A stretch of 64,000 nt of DNA, taken from NCBI GenBank assembly GCA_017499595.2, contig CM038998.1, positions 1,488,001 to 1,552,000 on the forward strand, written 5' to 3'. Numbering within the stretch: position 1 is the stretch's first letter; each line of letters starts with the position of its first letter. This document shows positions 61,187-64,000 of this stretch, piece by piece. A program made the translations under genes and the position numbers. The notes under the pieces are model-generated. The model was not told the DNA's origin. It saw nothing but the letters and a program-made list of their open reading frames with translations, and searched no databases. This DNA comes from Psilocybe cubensis. Taxonomy: Eukaryota.

Positions 61187-62637
61187 ATGTTCCCATACCG
61201 AGCGGTGCAATTTCGTCTTTCCCAATACCTTCGCCACCTTTCTCACATTGCACAGAATACTCGATCAATGTCCCTTCCTTCCACAGTTGAGGCCATCACT
61301 ATTCCCCATGTAAGTGAAAGTGTCCAGTCTTTGTGTGAGGGTAATCTCAATCCTTGCAAAGACAGGGGGCGTGGAAGTGCTTGAGAAAACCACAATCCCA
61401 TTCCCTAAAGTTAACCCTGGTGATGTTGTTATCAAGGTAATCAATCCGATAATCTACTTTGAGATTCAGTTGAACTCCATTCACCAGGTTGAATACTTCG
61501 GTGTTAACTTCATAGATACATACTATAGGTGATGTCACTTGTAACTTGGATTCCGCGAAACTGACCATATATTTTATTTGAAGGTCTGGGTTGTATAAGT
61601 ACACAGAATTCCCGGCCATTATAGGAAAGGAGACCTCTGGTACAATTGTCGCACTGCCAACAGACGATGCCGTTTTGTCCAACGAGACATACAAGAAGCG
61701 AGGATATAAGATTGGCGGCAAAGTCGCTGCCGTAAGTCGATCCCTAACAGCTATTTCAATAAACTTCGATTTACATGCCTTCAAATAAACTAGGATTTCC
61801 TTGGATCCCATGCTACATACATCTCAGTACCTTGGAAATTCGTGTATCCCGTGCCCGACTCCCTGTCGACTAAGATAGCTGCTGCCGCAGCACTTCAGGG
61901 CTTGACAGCGGTCACATTTTTTGAAGAGGCGTACAAGGTTAAAAAGGGTGATACCATCCTCATACATACAATTGCAGGTGGTTTGGGATTACTTTTTGCA
62001 CAGCTTGGAAGACGCGTTGGAGCCACGGTGATTGGTACGACGTCCACTCCGGCAAAAGCAGAACTTGCGAAGCAGAATGGAGCCGATCACGTTATTTTAT
62101 ATCCTGTAGAAGACACTGTGGCAAGGGTTTTGGAAATCACTAATGGCGAGGGTGTAGATGCCGTTTTCGATGGTGTTGGAAAAGACACGTATGTAATGGA
62201 AAAAAATTCCCAGTTCCATTGTTTAGAAGGCTAATACATGTTTTCGTGTTCCAGGTTTGACAATAACTTTAAGTTGATCAAGCGCAAGGGTACCATAGTC
62301 TCAGTTGGGAACGCTTCTGGTGCCGTCCCGCCGTTTTCAATCCCTAGGCTTGTCGAAAAAAATGTCAAACTATTGCGCCCAACGTGAGTTGTCATATTTG
62401 CTCAGGATGGACAGGTACTGAAAACATGGCTAATGATTCAGAATGAGTAACTATGTTTACACCCCAGAAGAAGCCGAGCACTATGGCAAGATTCTTTTTG
62501 ACTTGGTGGTGAAAGGGGACCTCAAGATCCAGATTTATAAAGAGTACCCCTTCACTGTAGAGGGAGTGAGGCAGGCACAAAGCGATCTCACCGCCGCTGG
62601 AGGGAAGACCACCGGGAAGTTGCTGATCAAGGTGTAA
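61187..62637 (+). CDS. NADPH:quinone oxidoreductase (zeta-crystallin/Zta1-like, MDR family)
   Basis: TGGVEVLE, GVNFIDTYYRSGLY, GKETSG, LQGLTA, HTIAGGLG, GVDAVFDGVGKDTF, SVGNASG, KTTGKLL. Second in-frame ATG at 61268. Confidence 0.93.
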
Positions 62638-63163
62638 ATGTAAAGAAAGTCTCGATAGATGATCCAAGCTTCACACGCCGTGAATGTTTACAAAAAATGA
62701 CCAAAGAGCTATAACAGAAACATAAATGTTCCAATCCGAAGCAAAAGAGGGAAAGACAAAATGCAACCAGCATTGTAAAATATGCGAGTGTGATATGGAA
62801 GAGCAGATTGAAAAGGGACGACAAGTGACATTCAAGTCAAGTAATTGTCCCCTAACTTGGTGAATTACATAATAATGGACACTGCGTGGGCTCTGATTTA
62901 GAAGTGCTTTTGTAGGCGTTCCAGCTTTGAACTCGCGTTTATCTTCTTAATCTCCTATATACCGCTACCATTCTCCAAATCGCTGGTCTACTTCGGGGAA
63001 GTATCTTTGTGCACATATTAGCCCTCTTTGTATATCGAGAAGTCCAAGCCAACAACCGATCTCCCGAGCACTACAACTACGTATGCCACTCATCAGGTCT
63101 TGTACAGGATCCTTTAAACGCTCATAACTATAATCCAGATATCAACAAGACGAAGATCTGGCT

Positions 63164-64000
63164 ATGGATAATCCGGATACCCCGAAAACCAGGCGTCCGT
63201 TGCCAACCCCCGGCGCACCAGCGTCGCAAAGGCCAAGCACTCCAATCTTGAGTCCTGCCCCGATTCCAACCTCCAGCTTCTATGGCACAAAGGCACCACC
63301 GCTTCCTTCGAGGCCTAAAAATCCAGGCTCGTCTCACACAGCATATGTACCACCAGCGCGTTACAATTCACCGTCATACGATGGTTCATCTGGGTATCGA
63401 GAGCCTGAGCTGGTGGAAGATGTTGCTGATGAAGATGACACGCTTCCGGATCTAATTCCTCAGTCAGATACAAACTGGGCCTCAGATATTCCTGAAGATA
63501 ACAGCGTCTGGCAAGCCCATAATTGGAGCTCATCATTAACAGATTGGGAAAATTCCAACACACCTTCAAATTGGGCTGAAAAGGTGCACACAACGGTCGG
63601 AACTACCGACTATTCCATGGATTATCTCAACTCGAGTAGGATCGATGACTTCACCATCGATGGTAGAAGTCATTTTGAAGAATTAAATTGGTGGAACCCA
63701 GAAGAGCGTGCCAAAAACAAGCGTCCAGGATTCGGTATACTTCCCCCTATTCTGGCAGAAGAACTTCATGACCCAAATCACTCCTTGTTCTCTGTTAACA
63801 TCACCACCCCGCAACACCCAGCAAATACGCATATTTCTTCTACTCCAACAAAAGATCAATCTTCTCCTGGTCCTTCTAACACTTCCTCTAGTCCCCCCCA
63901 TGCACATCATGCCACCAGCGATAATTCTCCTCCGCCATCGGAAGACGAAATTAGGATGTCAGTTCCTCACCCAAATGCGTACTATTGCCCCAAGGACAAT
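63164..64000 (+). CDS. 5' part of a protein running off the window end (Pro/Ser-rich N-terminus; possibly a Ubp2-like ubiquitin hydrolase)
   Basis: Open frame from ATG 63164 to the window end: MDNPDTPKTRRPLPTP...DGRSHFEELNWWNPEERAKNKRPGFGILPP...LHDPNHSLFSV...VPHPNAYYCPKDN. No catalytic motif is visible, so the family guess is from memory only. Confidence 0.6.
   Translation, partial: MDNPDTPKTRRPLPTPGAPASQRPSTPILSPAPIPTSSFYGTKAPPLPSRPKNPGSSHTAYVPPARYNSPSYDGSSGYREPELVEDVADEDDTLPDLIPQSDTNWASDIPEDNSVWQAHNWSSSLTDWENSNTPSNWAEKVHTTVGTTDYSMDYLNSSRIDDFTIDGRSHFEELNWWNPEERAKNKRPGFGILPPILAEELHDPNHSLFSVNITTPQHPANTHISSTPTKDQSSPGPSNTSSSPPHAHHATSDNSPPPSEDEIRMSVPHPNAYYCPKDN

Noticed and set aside
1-64000. 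Transposons, tRNA/rRNA genes, CRISPR arrays, telomeric repeats
   Set aside because: No transposase/RT/integrase motifs, LTR or TIR pairs, cloverleaf boxes or regularly spaced repeats were seen by eye; short degenerate relics cannot be excluded.

Overview
Gene-dense, intron-rich eukaryotic DNA from a basidiomycete fungus (Agaricomycete-like: ~50-60 nt GT-AG introns, CTRAC branch points, frequent microexons). About 31 protein-coding genes can be supported. They include an SH3-RasGEF, a Rab5/Vps21 GTPase, a Mei2-like RRM protein, a GHITM/BI-1 protein, Sly1, an OSCA/CSC1-like channel, acid sphingomyelinase, an M35 deuterolysin, an Fhit/Hnt2-like HIT hydrolase, an FAD monooxygenase, a PhzF-like protein, WBP11, RNF10/Mag2, Sho1, an NTase-fold protein, three tandem GNATs, eEF2, two tandem Wss1/WLM proteases, EEF2KMT/Efm3, mitoribosomal mS45, NR2C2AP-like, a PTP and a zeta-crystallin quinone reductase. 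No transposon, tRNA, rRNA or CRISPR was found. The most unusual feature is a 443-nt composite intron in the mS45 gene. It parses into three complete introns joined by a zero-length AG|GT junction and a 3-nt microexon, and the first unit carries a candidate box C/D snoRNA with a 13-nt antisense element to 25S rRNA. Also notable are a Wss1 paralog with a triplicated exon, a hidden in-frame microexon in an RRM, a two-cysteine PhzF-like enzyme, and eEF2 lying about 7 kb from its own methyltransferase. All gene models were spliced by eye and product calls rest on recognised motifs, not database searches.
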